DNA of 64,000 bases from Vulcanimicrobiota bacterium (GCA_963714015.1 OY970223.1:64001-128000); one strand, 5' to 3'. Positions 52,573-63,274 are shown, counted from the stretch's first letter. Notes: generated by a model not told the origin, from the letters alone. A program made the numbers and translations.

Positions 52573-53931
52573 ATGAACTGGCGCTTTGTGATTCCGGCAG
52601 TGAGTTTAGCGTTGCTGCCGGCCTGCGGAGGCGGCGGTCCGGCGAGCGTGGGAGTTCCCGGACCCACGCAGACGCCCACGGCAACGATCCCGCCTTCGCC
52701 CTCTCCTGCTCCCGCCGGAAAAATCACGCACGTCGTCATCATCATTCAGGAGAACCGCTCGCCGGATAATCTCTTTCAAGGCCTTCCGGGCGCGGATATC
52801 TCGAGCGTCGGACTCGACTCCAACGGCAACACCGTACCGCTTCAGCCGGTGAGTCTTACGGCACCGTACGATCTGGATCACACGCACACCGGTTTTCTCA
52901 CCGAATTCAACGGCGGCCAAATGAACGGATTCGACAAAGAGAAATCGAGCTGTCCTTTGCATAACTGCAATACGGTCACCGCATACGGTTACGTACCCCG
53001 CTCGGAGACCGAGCCGTACTTCCACATGGCGCAGACTTACACGTTCGCGGATCGCATGTTCCAATCGAATGCGGGGCCGAGCTTCCCGGCACACCAATAT
53101 TTGCTGAGCGGCACCTCCGCGGTTTCGACGGGCAGTAATCTCTACGCTTCGGAAAATCCGGTGTACGCAAACGGCAACAAGGGAGACTGCGACGGCGATC
53201 CCAATTCCCGCGTCACGCTCATCGACATTCTGACCGGAGTCGAAAACGCAACCCAATTCCCGTGCTTCGATCATGCGACGATGTTCGACGTGATGGATCG
53301 AGCGGGCGTATCGTACAAGTACTATACGTCCACGGTCGACGGGCTGTGGGGAGCGCCGGATGCGATATCGCATATCCGGTTCGGTTCCGATTGGGCGCGG
53401 GTGGTCGAGCCGGACAAGCAGATCTTCAGCGACATCACTGCAAATACGCTGCCCGCGGTTTCCTGGGTAATACCGACTGCCGAAGAGAGCGATCACGCCG
53501 ACGGCAATGACGGGACTGGTCCTTCCTGGGTTGCCTCGGTCGTGAATGCCGTCGGTCAGTCGCAATACTGGCCGAACACTGCGATCTTTGTGACGTGGGA
53601 TGATTGGGGCGGATGGTACGATCACGTCAAACCGCAGCAGTTCAATGCGTACGAGCTGGGGTTTCGCGTGCCGCTCATCGTCATCTCACCGTATGCTCGC
53701 CCCGCTTACGTTTCGCACGTGCAGCATGAGTTCGGCAGTATCTTGCATTTCACGGAAGAGCAGCTGGGCCTCTCCTCGCTCGGATTTACCGATGCGCGAG
53801 CCGACGATTTGAAGGACTGCTTCGATTTTTCGCAGCCGCCGCTGGCTTTTCACACGATTCAATCGCGTTTCAAAGCAAGTTACTTCATCCATCTTCCGCC
53901 CTCGAACAAACCGGTCGACACCGATTTTTAA
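52573..53931 (+). CDS. phosphoesterase family lipoprotein (phospholipase C/acid phosphatase)
   Basis: lipobox [42 protein letters not shown]. Confidence 0.88.
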   Translation: MNWRFVIPAVSLALLPACGGGGPASVGVPGPTQTPTATIPPSPSPAPAGKITHVVIIIQENRSPDNLFQGLPGADISSVGLDSNGNTVPLQPVSLTAPYDLDHTHTGFLTEFNGGQMNGFDKEKSSCPLHNCNTVTAYGYVPRSETEPYFHMAQTYTFADRMFQSNAGPSFPAHQYLLSGTSAVSTGSNLYASENPVYANGNKGDCDGDPNSRVTLIDILTGVENATQFPCFDHATMFDVMDRAGVSYKYYTSTVDGLWGAPDAISHIRFGSDWARVVEPDKQIFSDITANTLPAVSWVIPTAEESDHADGNDGTGPSWVASVVNAVGQSQYWPNTAIFVTWDDWGGWYDHVKPQQFNAYELGFRVPLIVISPYARPAYVSHVQHEFGSILHFTEEQLGLSSLGFTDARADDLKDCFDFSQPPLAFHTIQSRFKASYFIHLPPSNKPVDTDF

Positions 53932-53940
53932 ACTCCGCGT

Positions 53941-54850
53941 CTAGGGCGGAGCGCCTTCCAAAACTCTGAAGGCTCGCCACGCCGTTGCGGCAAGCAGCGC
54001 GCTCACGATCGCGCGCGTAGCCGGCGATTTATTGAGCGTGTAAAAATGAATGCCCGGAGCGCCGCGCTGCAGCAGATCCGTGCATTGCAGCGTCGCATAG
54101 GCGACGCCGAGTTCTTCGATGGCCTTGGGCTCGTCGCGTCGGACCTGCAGTTCCGCGAGCAATTTCGGCGGGATGGTGGCACCGCACATTGCGGTAAAAC
54201 GCTGAATCTGTTCGAAGTTCGTGATCGGCATGATCCCGGGCAGAATGGGGACGTGGATGCCGGCGGCGCGGGCGCGATCGACGAACTGGAAGTAGCGATC
54301 ATTTTCGAAAAACAGCTGCGTGATCAAAAATTCGACGCCCGCATCGACCTTGCGCTTGAGGAATTGCAAGTCTTCGTCTAGACTCAGCTGCCTCGATGTG
54401 CTTCTCCGGATAGCACGCTCCGCCGATACAGAAATGGTAATTGCGCTCGATCATCGCGATGAGATCGGAAGCATGCTCGAAGCCGCCGGCGGGCGCTTTG
54501 AAAACGGCCGTGTCCTTCGGCGGGTCGCCGCGCAGGCCAAGCACGTTCTCGATTCCGGCGGCTTCGAGGTCGTTGAGAACGGTGCGCAAATCCGCGCGGG
54601 AGCTGCCGACGCACGTGACGTGAGCCATGACGTTGATGCCGATTTCGTTCTGAATATGTTTCGAGACTTCAATCGTGCGGGCTCGCGTCGAGCCGCCCGC
54701 ACCATAGGTCACCGAGACGAACGCCGGACGAAGTTCGCGTAAAGTTTTCGCAGCCTCAATGAGATGGACGTAAGCTTCGTCCGTGCGCGGCGGAAAGAAT
54801 TCGAATGAGAAAAACGGCCGTTGCCGCGCCAGCGTCTGGCTGATTCGCAT
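53941..54850 (-). CDS. metF: 5,10-methylenetetrahydrofolate reductase, with an apparent +1 frameshift near 54385
   Basis: FSFEFFPP, SVTYGAGGS, LRGDPP, ITQLFF, IHFYTLN. Confidence 0.93.
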
Positions 54851-54861
54851 AAAATCGCCTC

Positions 54862-55518
54862 TTATCGAAACGTCGAGACGAGGCCTCCGCAGACGAGCGC
54901 CCAGCCGTCGACCATCACGAAGAGCAGCAACTTTGCCGGAAGCGAAATGACCGGCGGGCTAAGCATGAACATGCCCAGACCCATCAAGATGGAAGCGACG
55001 GCGAGGTCGATCGCTACGAACGGCAGATAAAGCGCGAACCCGATAGCGAACGCGTCCCGTAGTTCGCCTACGACGAAGGCCGGTACCAGAACGATCAGCG
55101 GCACGGCTCTCACGGGCTCCGCCGGGCGGCGCGCGACCCGTTCGAACAGGCTCACGTCGCTCAAGCGCGTTTGGCGCAGCATGAAATCGCGCAATGGGGC
55201 GGTCGAGCGGCTCAGAAAAACGGACTGAGAGATCCGGCCTTTGGAATACGGCGTTACGGCATCGGCGGAAATCTGCGCTATCGTCGGCGACATCACCACG
55301 AACGTGAGCGCAAGCGCTAGTCCGGTCAGAACGCTGTTCGGTGGAAGCGCCGCGGCTCCGATCGCCGAACGCACCAGTGAAAGCACTACGACGATCCGCA
55401 CGAACGAGGTGGACATCACCAAGACGAACGGTGCAATCGAGAGCAGCGTGAGCGCGGCTAGAACGTCTAGCGGAAGAGTGGCGTTGGCGTGATTGGCTAT
55501 CTTGAGCAGCGCGTCCAT
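54862..55518 (-). CDS. fliP: export apparatus protein FliP
   Basis: MSTSFVRIVVVLS, LPFVAIDLAVAS, PAKLLLFVMVDGW. Confidence 0.92.
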   Translation of the reverse strand: MDALLKIANHANATLPLDVLAALTLLSIAPFVLVMSTSFVRIVVVLSLVRSAIGAAALPPNSVLTGLALALTFVVMSPTIAQISADAVTPYSKGRISQSVFLSRSTAPLRDFMLRQTRLSDVSLFERVARRPAEPVRAVPLIVLVPAFVVGELRDAFAIGFALYLPFVAIDLAVASILMGLGMFMLSPPVISLPAKLLLFVMVDGWALVCGGLVSTFR

Positions 55519-55551
55519 GGCGCTACTCTAAGGCGCCGATGTTGCCGCAGT

Positions 55552-55836
55552 TTAGCCGGGTTTTTGAATCAGTTCCGTAACGCGAACGCCGAAGTTCTCG
55601 TCGATGGCCACGACCTCGCCGCGCGCGACCAATTTGCTGTTCACGAGCAAGTCCACCGGACCGCCGGCCAGACGATCCAACTCGACGATCGAACCCGTGC
55701 CCAGCTTCAAGATCTCGGAGACGGCCATCTTGCATTTGCCGAGTTCCGCCGTAACTTGGAGCGGCACGTTCATAAGCAGATCGAGATTCTGTTGATCCGC
55801 CACCAAGGCGCCGTTTCTTTTTTGTTCAGCCATCAT
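55552..55836 (-). CDS. fliN: C-ring protein FliN
   Basis: [17 protein letters not shown]...[16 protein letters not shown]. Confidence 0.92.
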   Translation of the reverse strand: MMAEQKRNGALVADQQNLDLLMNVPLQVTAELGKCKMAVSEILKLGTGSIVELDRLAGGPVDLLVNSKLVARGEVVAIDENFGVRVTELIQKPG

Positions 55837-55845
55837 CGTCGTTGT

Positions 55846-56634
55846 CTATCCTTGTAACGGGCAGCTTTGGAGACGTATTGCGTGGTGCTCCCCAACGGCG
55901 CCGCACTCGCCGCGTCCGATGACGGACGCTCCGAGCTTGAGCAGACCCGGTTCTCCTATCCTAGTGTTCATCGGCAGGATGACGCCAGGGCGTAAGTCCA
56001 GGAGTGCGGAGGCAAGGATGGTGCCATGGAGTACGTCGACCGTGAGCTCGACCAGGACGTCGGCAAGATTCTCGGGGGCCAAGCGACCGGATGGCGCCGC
56101 GGCAGGGTCGCGGGCCACCGCCACGCCGATTCTCAGCGGCGCCGGCTGCTCGACGAGCATTTCAAAATATGTGGTAAAGCCGCCGATGGAATCGATCGGC
56201 TCAGGTGCGGTCGGGTTTGGTCCGCACACGGCCGCTAAGGAGCCCGCGAGAGCCCTCAGCGCGCGGACGGTGACCTCGCCTTCGAGGCGGGATAGCGGCC
56301 GATCGCCGGCAGGCTGCTCGCCGAAAGCGGCGGCTGCGAACGCCAGCGCGTCGGCGGGCCGCAAGACCAAAGCGGCGTCGTTTACGGATCCGCGGACGGC
56401 GTAAAGGTATGCGTCCGCGGAGATTGCGGCCCAAGCGTCCGGGTCCGGAACGAGCGGTTCGAGCAGCCGCAGCGTCACCGGAGTTTTCAAAAGGGAGCAA
56501 AGCGCTTCTCGAACGCCGTTCGCTACGACGCAGGCTGCACTGACCGGAAGCGAGGATCGCCGCTCGAATACGGCGCGGCGAACACCGCTCTCGCGTTCGT
56601 CGGGCAATGCGTTTTCGAACGCGAGAAACCTCAT
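55846..56634 (-). CDS. divergent FliM-like C-ring protein (C-terminal SpoA domain)
   Basis: LADVLVELTV...LLDLRPGVILP...GRGECGAVGEHHAIRL; lies upstream of fliN. Confidence 0.6.
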   Translation of the reverse strand: MRFLAFENALPDERESGVRRAVFERRSSLPVSAACVVANGVREALCSLLKTPVTLRLLEPLVPDPDAWAAISADAYLYAVRGSVNDAALVLRPADALAFAAAAFGEQPAGDRPLSRLEGEVTVRALRALAGSLAAVCGPNPTAPEPIDSIGGFTTYFEMLVEQPAPLRIGVAVARDPAAAPSGRLAPENLADVLVELTVDVLHGTILASALLDLRPGVILPMNTRIGEPGLLKLGASVIGRGECGAVGEHHAIRLQSCPLQG

Positions 56635-57347
56635 TTCAAAAGGTCCATCGCAATTTTTTCGGCGCCTGCGCCGGCAACGTTAGCCGCGCGAATCGCATCC
56701 AGCGCAATGTAAGCTTCTTGCAGGCGATCCAAGCCCAGATCGATATCGATCGTTCCGGCAGCTTTGTATCCGGGCGCGAGTTTGCCGAAAGCACTGTCCC
56801 CCGGCTTACCGGTGTGCGGAAAGATTCCGGCCGGCGCCGCAAGATGCCGCGTATCGACGCGCTGAAGCTTGGTTCCGGGAGCGAAGCGCGCCAGAGCGAT
56901 TCGCCCGACGGAAATCCTTTGAAGCTCGGCTCGTCCCGTCCGCGGATCGACGGCGCGACGATCGTAGACAACGGTGCCGTCGGCGTCGACCCGTGCATTT
57001 ATGCCCACACCCAACGCGACGTCCACCGGATCGGCATGCAGCGCTTCCAGCGCCGCACCCTCGCCGGAATATCCAAGCACGGCATTTCCGTTCGAGTCGA
57101 CCAATTTTCCGTCATGAAAAGCGAACGTGCCGTCTTGCGTGAACAGCGTCTTGCCGTTTTCGCTCGCAACGACGAAGTAACTCTGCTCCGGAGCAGTCGC
57201 GCAAAGCCCGTCTGTCGCGGGCAACGGGCGCGCCGCCCGCGCAACGTCGCTCATTTCCGGGACCGCGCCGGGTACATACGCCCGAAGTACGTCTCGCTCG
57301 CGCGCCGCAATTTCGTCAATTGCGCGAGCAGTCGCTGCCGTCAGCAT
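56631..57347 (-). CDS. divergent FlgE/FlgF/FlgG-type hook or rod protein
   Basis: YFVV...TLFTQDGTF...GKLVDSNGNAVLGY, GRIALARF, C-terminal coiled helix. Confidence 0.65.
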   Translation of the reverse strand: MLTAATARAIDEIAARERDVLRAYVPGAVPEMSDVARAARPLPATDGLCATAPEQSYFVVASENGKTLFTQDGTFAFHDGKLVDSNGNAVLGYSGEGAALEALHADPVDVALGVGINARVDADGTVVYDRRAVDPRTGRAELQRISVGRIALARFAPGTKLQRVDTRHLAAPAGIFPHTGKPGDSAFGKLAPGYKAAGTIDIDLGLDRLQEAYIALDAIRAANVAGAGAEKIAMDLLK

Positions 57348-57901
57348 CCGGCCTCGGCGCGCGTCTCTGCGTTCAAACGAATGCCGGAACGGGCAAGTGA
57401 GTAGCGGGCCTGCGCCAGCGCAGCGGCAACCTGCGCATTTGCTCTGGGTGCGCACACCGCCACCAAATCGACGCGCTTCCCGCGCGAACGCAGCAGAATT
57501 TGAACGCGGCCGCCTTCGCCTTCAATTGCGAACGCCGCCTTGTTCGGGAGCGCCGCCTGTTTTGAAAACCTGCGCGCAATCGCTTTTGCAAGCGGCGATC
57601 GCGGCAATCGCCGATCGGCGATTTGCGAGCTCAAACGCGTAGCTGCGTTTGACTTTTGAGTGCGGTTGCACCAGGCGCGCTCGGCATCGGTCGTCGACTG
57701 GGTAGCGTGATGCTCCGATTTGCCCTGGACTTCGGATAATGCGCAAGTCGGCGCTTGCGGACCGGCGGATTTTGCAGTACCAGACTGCTCGCCCCGAGAG
57801 CCGTAAAGCGCGGAGTACCACGCCTGGGAAAGCGCGCGCCGGTCGTACGATGCCACCGGTGCGCTCAGAACGCTGAATCCTAATTGCTCGTCGATCGTCA
57901 T
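57341..57901 (-). CDS. short FliK-like (T3S4 domain) protein
   Basis: C-terminal GRVQILLRSRGKRVDLVAVC...AALAQARYSLARSGIRL resembles FliK-C; sits where fliK is expected. Confidence 0.45.
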   Translation of the reverse strand: MTIDEQLGFSVLSAPVASYDRRALSQAWYSALYGSRGEQSGTAKSAGPQAPTCALSEVQGKSEHHATQSTTDAERAWCNRTQKSNAATRLSSQIADRRLPRSPLAKAIARRFSKQAALPNKAAFAIEGEGGRVQILLRSRGKRVDLVAVCAPRANAQVAAALAQARYSLARSGIRLNAETRAEAGC

Positions 57902-57946
57902 GCCCGGAGCATAGCGAGCCGCCGTGGCGTGGCGGCTTCGAGAATG

Positions 57947-59491
57947 TTATTGAAACATTTCCCCGGGGTCTTGCACGCGCTGACGATAACGCCCGTCGTC
58001 GAACGCTGCGGATTTGAGCGCATACATCTTGGAATTGGCTTCATCGAACGTGATGACGAAGTTTTTCAGTACGCCCATGCCGATGTTCCCTGCGTCGAAG
58101 CGGTCCGCGAAAGCGCCGCGATCGCTCATGATGATGTTCGCGTAGCGGTTATAGAAATGGAACGGCCCGAAATCGAGTTCGTCGATGTAGCCGAAGGACG
58201 CCCGTGCAGAACCGCCGACTCCGTAGTCGTTAGCGGCGCGTTCGCGATCTTCCAGGGGGACGACGTACGGATGCGCTTGCATGAAAGGCGAGTACAGCAG
58301 CAACTCCGTGCTGTTTCCGGTGTCTACGACGAACGTTCCATCAATGCGGTTCACCGATCCGTCCAACTCGACCAGTTGGCGGTCGTTGTCGATGCTGAAG
58401 GCGCTGCCCTTGGGATCCAGCGTGCCGGGTTTTCCGAACGTCATGGTGCGAGCGACCGGATCGATCGTCACCTCCGCGGAGGCGAAGAACGGATAGCCGA
58501 GCACGCCGTCCGCGCCGGTGGCAGCGCGCAGGTCCAAAACCGATACGGAATGGACCGGGAGAGCAGCGCCCCCGATCTGAATCGAATTCAGAGCGGCAAA
58601 ACCCAGGCCGCCGACCCGTTTGGCGCCCGCGACCTCCAAATGGCCCTGGTACTGCAATCCTTGCTGCGCAGCAACTTGGGTATCCAATGCAATCATCTGC
58701 GCGCCGGTGTCGACGAGAAACCGGTAATCGCGCGTTCCGACGCGGACCTGTACGAAAAAGTGCCCCTGCTCCTCGTGCAGCGGAACGGTGACGGGTTTGT
58801 CGGTTTGAATCACCGTGGAGACCGGAAGCGCGAACACCTTAGGATCGACCGCGCCGTCGATTACGACGTCTTTGATCAAGTGCGTGAGATCGTACACGCG
58901 ATCGCCGTTGGAGTCGACCTCGCGCATTGCAACCAGCGTGCCGCGAATTACCTGATAGTCGTAATAGTCTTCGGTGGATACGCCGTCATCTTCGTCGTAC
59001 GCGACGCGATCGATCATGAAGGTCTTTGCGTCCAGATACAATGTCTCGGGTTGACCGCCGGGCGGCGCAACCTCGATGGCGTACGTCGATCGTCCGTCGG
59101 GCAGCGTGGCTGCGTTTTTGAGCGTATCGTATCGAGGCGTCGAAACGAAAGACTCGGAATCCACGAAATCTTCGGTCAGCTGCCGTTTCGCCAGAATTCC
59201 GTGCAGTTCGCGCACGTCACCCGTTTCATTTATCGCGTACTCCCGATCGTTCAAGCGCAATGAGGCCGTCGTGTGTGAGACGGTTTCGTCGTCCTCACGC
59301 GCGTCGCTGCCCATCGACCACCGCCGGAAAGAACCGGTGAGATCGCCGGCAACGATAGGCCCCGAGATCTCGATGGATCGGGCGGGATGCAGCGGCAGCG
59401 CGGCCATTGCGGCGCGCCGATCTTGCAGAATGGTTTGTAAAGAAAGCGTCTGTGCGCGCGCGGGCGCAAAGGTCAGTGCGGCGATCGCCAC
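57947..59491 (-). CDS. secreted aspartyl protease with two retropepsin-like domains; start approximate
   Basis: FLVDTGA and FVVDTGN motifs, GVLGYPF, GNIGMGVL. Confidence 0.82.
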   Translation of the reverse strand: MAIAALTFAPARAQTLSLQTILQDRRAAMAALPLHPARSIEISGPIVAGDLTGSFRRWSMGSDAREDDETVSHTTASLRLNDREYAINETGDVRELHGILAKRQLTEDFVDSESFVSTPRYDTLKNAATLPDGRSTYAIEVAPPGGQPETLYLDAKTFMIDRVAYDEDDGVSTEDYYDYQVIRGTLVAMREVDSNGDRVYDLTHLIKDVVIDGAVDPKVFALPVSTVIQTDKPVTVPLHEEQGHFFVQVRVGTRDYRFLVDTGAQMIALDTQVAAQQGLQYQGHLEVAGAKRVGGLGFAALNSIQIGGAALPVHSVSVLDLRAATGADGVLGYPFFASAEVTIDPVARTMTFGKPGTLDPKGSAFSIDNDRQLVELDGSVNRIDGTFVVDTGNSTELLLYSPFMQAHPYVVPLEDRERAANDYGVGGSARASFGYIDELDFGPFHFYNRYANIIMSDRGAFADRFDAGNIGMGVLKNFVITFDEANSKMYALKSAAFDDGRYRQRVQDPGEMFQ

Positions 59492-59510
59492 GGCAAGCAG
59501 CGCCGTAGCG

Positions 59511-60098
59511 CTACGGAGTTTTGTACTTTGCGTAGCTTTGCATGACGTTCTGAACGTAATTCTGCGTTTCGGCATAAGGCGGAACTCCGCCATACTTCTC
59601 CACGGCCCCAGGCCCTGCATTGTACGCCGCGACCGCGAGAGGCACATCGCCGTGGAAGCGATCGAGCAAGCCGCGCAGGTAACGCGTGCCGCCCGAGACG
59701 TTTTGGGCCGGGTCATAGGCGTTGGACACACCGAGCTCCGCCGCAGTGGACGGCTCGAGCTGCATCAATCCTTGGGCACCGGTCTTCGAAGTGGCGTTGG
59801 CGTCGAATCCGGATTCGTTCGCGATAATCGCCTTGACCAGTGCGGGATCGACTCCCCAAGCGGCGGCATTTGCGCCCGCGAGCTGCGCGATCTGCGGCGG
59901 CGGTACGATTGCCGGCACCTGCGCGGACGACTCTTGCTGCTGAGCCGTCAGCACCGGATCTTGTTGATTGTCCATCGCCGTGGACACGAGCTGCGCGAAA
60001 GATGAAGACGGGCTCGGGCCGGCAACGCCCGGGTCGATCTGCTGCGTGATCTCGGAGATTCGCCGCGTTACGGCGGCAAGGTCGGCGGTGATGTCCAT
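59511..60098 (-). CDS. lytic transglycosylase (SLT domain)
   Basis: AIIANESGF, GAQGLMQL, AAYNAGPG, ETQNYV. Confidence 0.93.
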   Translation of the reverse strand: MDITADLAAVTRRISEITQQIDPGVAGPSPSSSFAQLVSTAMDNQQDPVLTAQQQESSAQVPAIVPPPQIAQLAGANAAAWGVDPALVKAIIANESGFDANATSKTGAQGLMQLEPSTAAELGVSNAYDPAQNVSGGTRYLRGLLDRFHGDVPLAVAAYNAGPGAVEKYGGVPPYAETQNYVQNVMQSYAKYKTP

Positions 60099-60102
60099 AC
60101 GT

Positions 60103-61335
60103 TCACCTCAAGGTATCGGCAAGGGCGGCTAGCCCCGATAGGGTTTGTTCAGGCGGAATCGGCCGCTCGTCTTGGCGCAGGAAGTCTTCGAGCACCGGCT
60201 CGCATGCCGCGGCTCGAAGGGCGCCCGCGCCGGCCGGCATGATGCCGAGGTCGCGAGCATCGCGGGTTCGTGCAAGGGCCGCCAAAGCAGATCGAACCAC
60301 CGAGGCGCAATCCTGATGCTCGCGTTCCGTAACCAAGTGCATCGTGCGGCTCGCACTGGCCAGCGGATCGATTGCCGGAAACCGTCCCGCGCGAGCCAGC
60401 TCGGCGGAAAGCTGGACGTGCCCGTCGAGCAGCGATCGAGCGGCATCGCTGACCGGATCGCGCTCGTCGCCGTCGGAGAGAATGCTTGCGATGAGCGTTA
60501 TCGAGCCGGCCGGGCCGGTTCCCGCCGCCTCGAGAAAGTGCGCCATCTGCGCGAAGACGCTGGGCGGATATCCGCCTCGCCCAACGCTCTCTGCGCGCAG
60601 AACGCCGCTCTCGCGTAAAGCCGATGCAAAGCGCGCGAGGCTATCCAAAACCAAAAGCACGTGCAAACCTCGCCCGCGCAGCGCGCTCGCTTGAGCGATT
60701 GCCACGTGTGCGGCGCGGATGCGTTCGGCCGCGCTCCTGTCGCTGGTCGCGCAAACGACGGTGGCGTTACCCGGCGCGACGCGCATCCACTCCTCGGCCT
60801 CTCGTCCGCGTTCGCCGACGAGCGCTACGACGACGGCATCCGCGCAAACGCCGCGCACCAGCATGTGCAGGAGCGTCGATTTCCCGGCGCCGGGCGGACC
60901 GAATAATCCGACGCGCGCGCCGCGGCCGATTGTCAGCAGCGCGTCGATCGTACGAATACCGGTCCAGAGCGGTTCGCGTATTTCGGATCGCGCCGAAGGA
61001 AGCGGAACGTCCGCATTGACCGGCGTGGGAAGTCCGCGCAACGCTCCACGTTCGTCGAGCGGTTTGCCGTAAGGATCGAGTGCCCGGCCCAGAAGCATCG
61101 TTCCGAGAGGCATTACTACGGATCGAGGATCGCTCAGAACCGGATCGCCGGACGCCACGCCTTCGCAATCTCCGTGAAGCATCACGTCTGCGCGCGCGTC
61201 GTGCAATGCGACGACCGTACCGGTCACTTTGCCGCGGGCAGTCCGTACGAGAACGCCTGCACCGAGCTCGGCCGCAGGAATCGACGCTTGGACCAAGCCG
61301 CCGCACGCCGAGAGCACACTGCCCCGAGCGATCAT
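60103..61335 (-). CDS. fliI: flagellar/T3SS export ATPase FliI
   Basis: GPPGAGKSTL, VGERGRE, LDSLARFA, GYPPSVF, LDGHVQLS. Confidence 0.9.
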   Translation of the reverse strand: MIARGSVLSACGGLVQASIPAAELGAGVLVRTARGKVTGTVVALHDARADVMLHGDCEGVASGDPVLSDPRSVVMPLGTMLLGRALDPYGKPLDERGALRGLPTPVNADVPLPSARSEIREPLWTGIRTIDALLTIGRGARVGLFGPPGAGKSTLLHMLVRGVCADAVVVALVGERGREAEEWMRVAPGNATVVCATSDRSAAERIRAAHVAIAQASALRGRGLHVLLVLDSLARFASALRESGVLRAESVGRGGYPPSVFAQMAHFLEAAGTGPAGSITLIASILSDGDERDPVSDAARSLLDGHVQLSAELARAGRFPAIDPLASASRTMHLVTEREHQDCASVVRSALAALARTRDARDLGIMPAGAGALRAAACEPVLEDFLRQDERPIPPEQTLSGLAALADTLR

Positions 61336-61811
61336 GCAAAATCCCGCAGAATCGACTGTAAGCGAACGCCGAGCGTCGCTTCGATCGATCCGCTGCGCAG
61401 TTCGAGGACCGCATCGCCGGGCAGCAGCGCGCCGTCTGCGACGACGGGTAGACCGCAGTTTACCAGCGTTGCTTCACTCGGATGCAGACGGACGCGCAAC
61501 GGATCGTCGTTGAAGAAACGCGCCGAAAGACGTTGCACGATTGCATCTATGTCGACGGACGTTATCTGCAGCTCCCGGGCTAGAACTTCAGCGGCCAAAT
61601 CCGCGCAAATCTGCCGCACAGCATGGTCTACGCCTTCGGCAACGGCGGCTTTGAACAAACGCACGCCGCTAAGCAAAGCTGCGGTCTCTCCGGCATCGCC
61701 TTCATCCTCACGTGGAGGTGGCGCCTGCGGGAACGGTTCAGTTTGAGCGATGCCGGGCGCCGGTTCCCGCGGCCTGACCATCGAGGCCAGCGAGCGAAAC
61801 GTTTCAGGCAT
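61332..61811 (-). CDS. fliH: short FliH/SctL-like protein
   Basis: LRVRLHPSE...DGALLPGDAVLELRSGSIEAT; directly upstream of fliI. Confidence 0.75.
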   Translation of the reverse strand: MPETFRSLASMVRPREPAPGIAQTEPFPQAPPPREDEGDAGETAALLSGVRLFKAAVAEGVDHAVRQICADLAAEVLARELQITSVDIDAIVQRLSARFFNDDPLRVRLHPSEATLVNCGLPVVADGALLPGDAVLELRSGSIEATLGVRLQSILRDFA

Positions 61812-63270
61812 GCGTTATGAAGCGCTCGGCATCGGGCAGTAGCGGCGAACCAGGACGATGCATGCGCCGAATGATCGCGCTGCGTTCGTGCTCCGGATAC
61901 ATTTCCAGTACGGCGGCAGCCGTCGCTGCGGGAAGGGCGCTGATGATGGCCGCGGCCGTATGCGGCGGCTCGTTTTCCAGCGATGCGCGTACGCCGGCCG
62001 GCGGAATGTCGCGCGATTTCTCCGCAGCGCTTGCGATTGCGGCGCGTTGACCCATCGCCTGCAGCGCCGCCGACAGCGGGCGGGAAGCATAACGCATTCC
62101 GATTGCAGCCCCGGCTGCGAGAATGAGCGCAGGCAAGACCGGAACGACGGCGCCGTACGCCAGCCACCAGCCGTCTTTTCTTGCCAAAGGCGTTCGAGTG
62201 AAATTCATCGCCTGCACTTCCAAGACGTCGCCGCGGCGCGGATCGATGCCGAGGGTGGCGGCTGCCAGAGCGCGGACGGGGACGATGTCCGCGATCTGCG
62301 CAGAGTCGACGAAGACCGCAGCAGTTATCCTCGCAATGCGTCCTCCTTGCGCGGATGTGGTCTCTTCACTCGTATCGCTTCCGCGATCGAGGTCCTGAGC
62401 GGATTTCTCGTAGCGCTTGCCGCCGTCGAAATAGTGCTCGTCTTGAGTGTTTGCCGCGATCGGCAGCGCCGATAAGGGAACGCGCCGAACGTTTCTTCGC
62501 ATCACGCTGCTGCGGTCGTATTCGATGTGCACGCGAACCAATGCCGCTCCCGCTCCAAGCGTCGAATCCAAGGCGCTCTGCAGCGAATGCTGCAAATCCG
62601 AGGCGCCGGCGTCCGATGCTCCTTCCTCCAGCGCAACGCCGCGATCGTCCACGATCTTCACGTTGCGCGGATCGAGTCCGGCAACGCTCGCCGCAACGAA
62701 CGAGCGAACACCGCCGACCGCTTGCGCGGAAAGCCGCGCACCGGGCTGCAGCGTCAATCGCACGCTGGCCGTCGCCGCGCTCGACGCGTCGTCGGCATAA
62801 TACCCTTCCCGCGCCGGAGCGATAATGACGCGCGCATCCTGGATGCCTTGGATTCCGCGCAGACTCAGTTCGATGTCGCCGGCCAAACCGTCACGCGTCT
62901 GGGCGTCAATCACTGATTGTGGGGTTAGCGCGCCCAGTTTCCCAAGAACGTCACTGGTGCCTTGCACATGCGCATGGGGCGTACCCGCCATAGACAGCTT
63001 CAGCAAAAGATCGCTGCGGCGCGCGCCGTCGATGAGCACGTTGTCGGCGGAAGGCGTGAAGGGAACGTTCCAACTCGCTAGGCGTTCTTCGACTTCACCG
63101 AGCTGGTCCGGCTGCAGGGCGCCGGCGAAGAGCGGAACGCGCTGCGAATGCGTTAGAACTCCGGCTGCGATGCTGACGAAGACCAAGGCGATGCAAGCTG
63201 CGGCCGTCAGCTTTCGCGTGCGCGCAGGCAGGGTGTTCCAGCGCGCGAAAAGCGCGGCCGCATCGGTCAC
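61804..63270 (-). CDS. fliF: MS-ring protein FliF with a fused C-terminal FliG middle-domain-like segment
   Basis: IQDARVII, ATASVRL, VAASVAGLDPRNVKIVD; C-terminal LENEPPHTAAAIISALP...ERSAIIRRM. Confidence 0.82.
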   Translation of the reverse strand: MTDAAALFARWNTLPARTRKLTAAACIALVFVSIAAGVLTHSQRVPLFAGALQPDQLGEVEERLASWNVPFTPSADNVLIDGARRSDLLLKLSMAGTPHAHVQGTSDVLGKLGALTPQSVIDAQTRDGLAGDIELSLRGIQGIQDARVIIAPAREGYYADDASSAATASVRLTLQPGARLSAQAVGGVRSFVAASVAGLDPRNVKIVDDRGVALEEGASDAGASDLQHSLQSALDSTLGAGAALVRVHIEYDRSSVMRRNVRRVPLSALPIAANTQDEHYFDGGKRYEKSAQDLDRGSDTSEETTSAQGGRIARITAAVFVDSAQIADIVPVRALAAATLGIDPRRGDVLEVQAMNFTRTPLARKDGWWLAYGAVVPVLPALILAAGAAIGMRYASRPLSAALQAMGQRAAIASAAEKSRDIPPAGVRASLENEPPHTAAAIISALPAATAAAVLEMYPEHERSAIIRRMHRPGSPLLPDAERFITHA

Positions 63271-63274
63271 CTCG

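Noticed and set aside
57884..59263. Long antisense ORFs (also 8880-10061, 30452-31405, 34519-35454, 46502-47596)
   Set aside because: Shadow frames of well-supported genes on the opposite strand, expected in GC-rich DNA.
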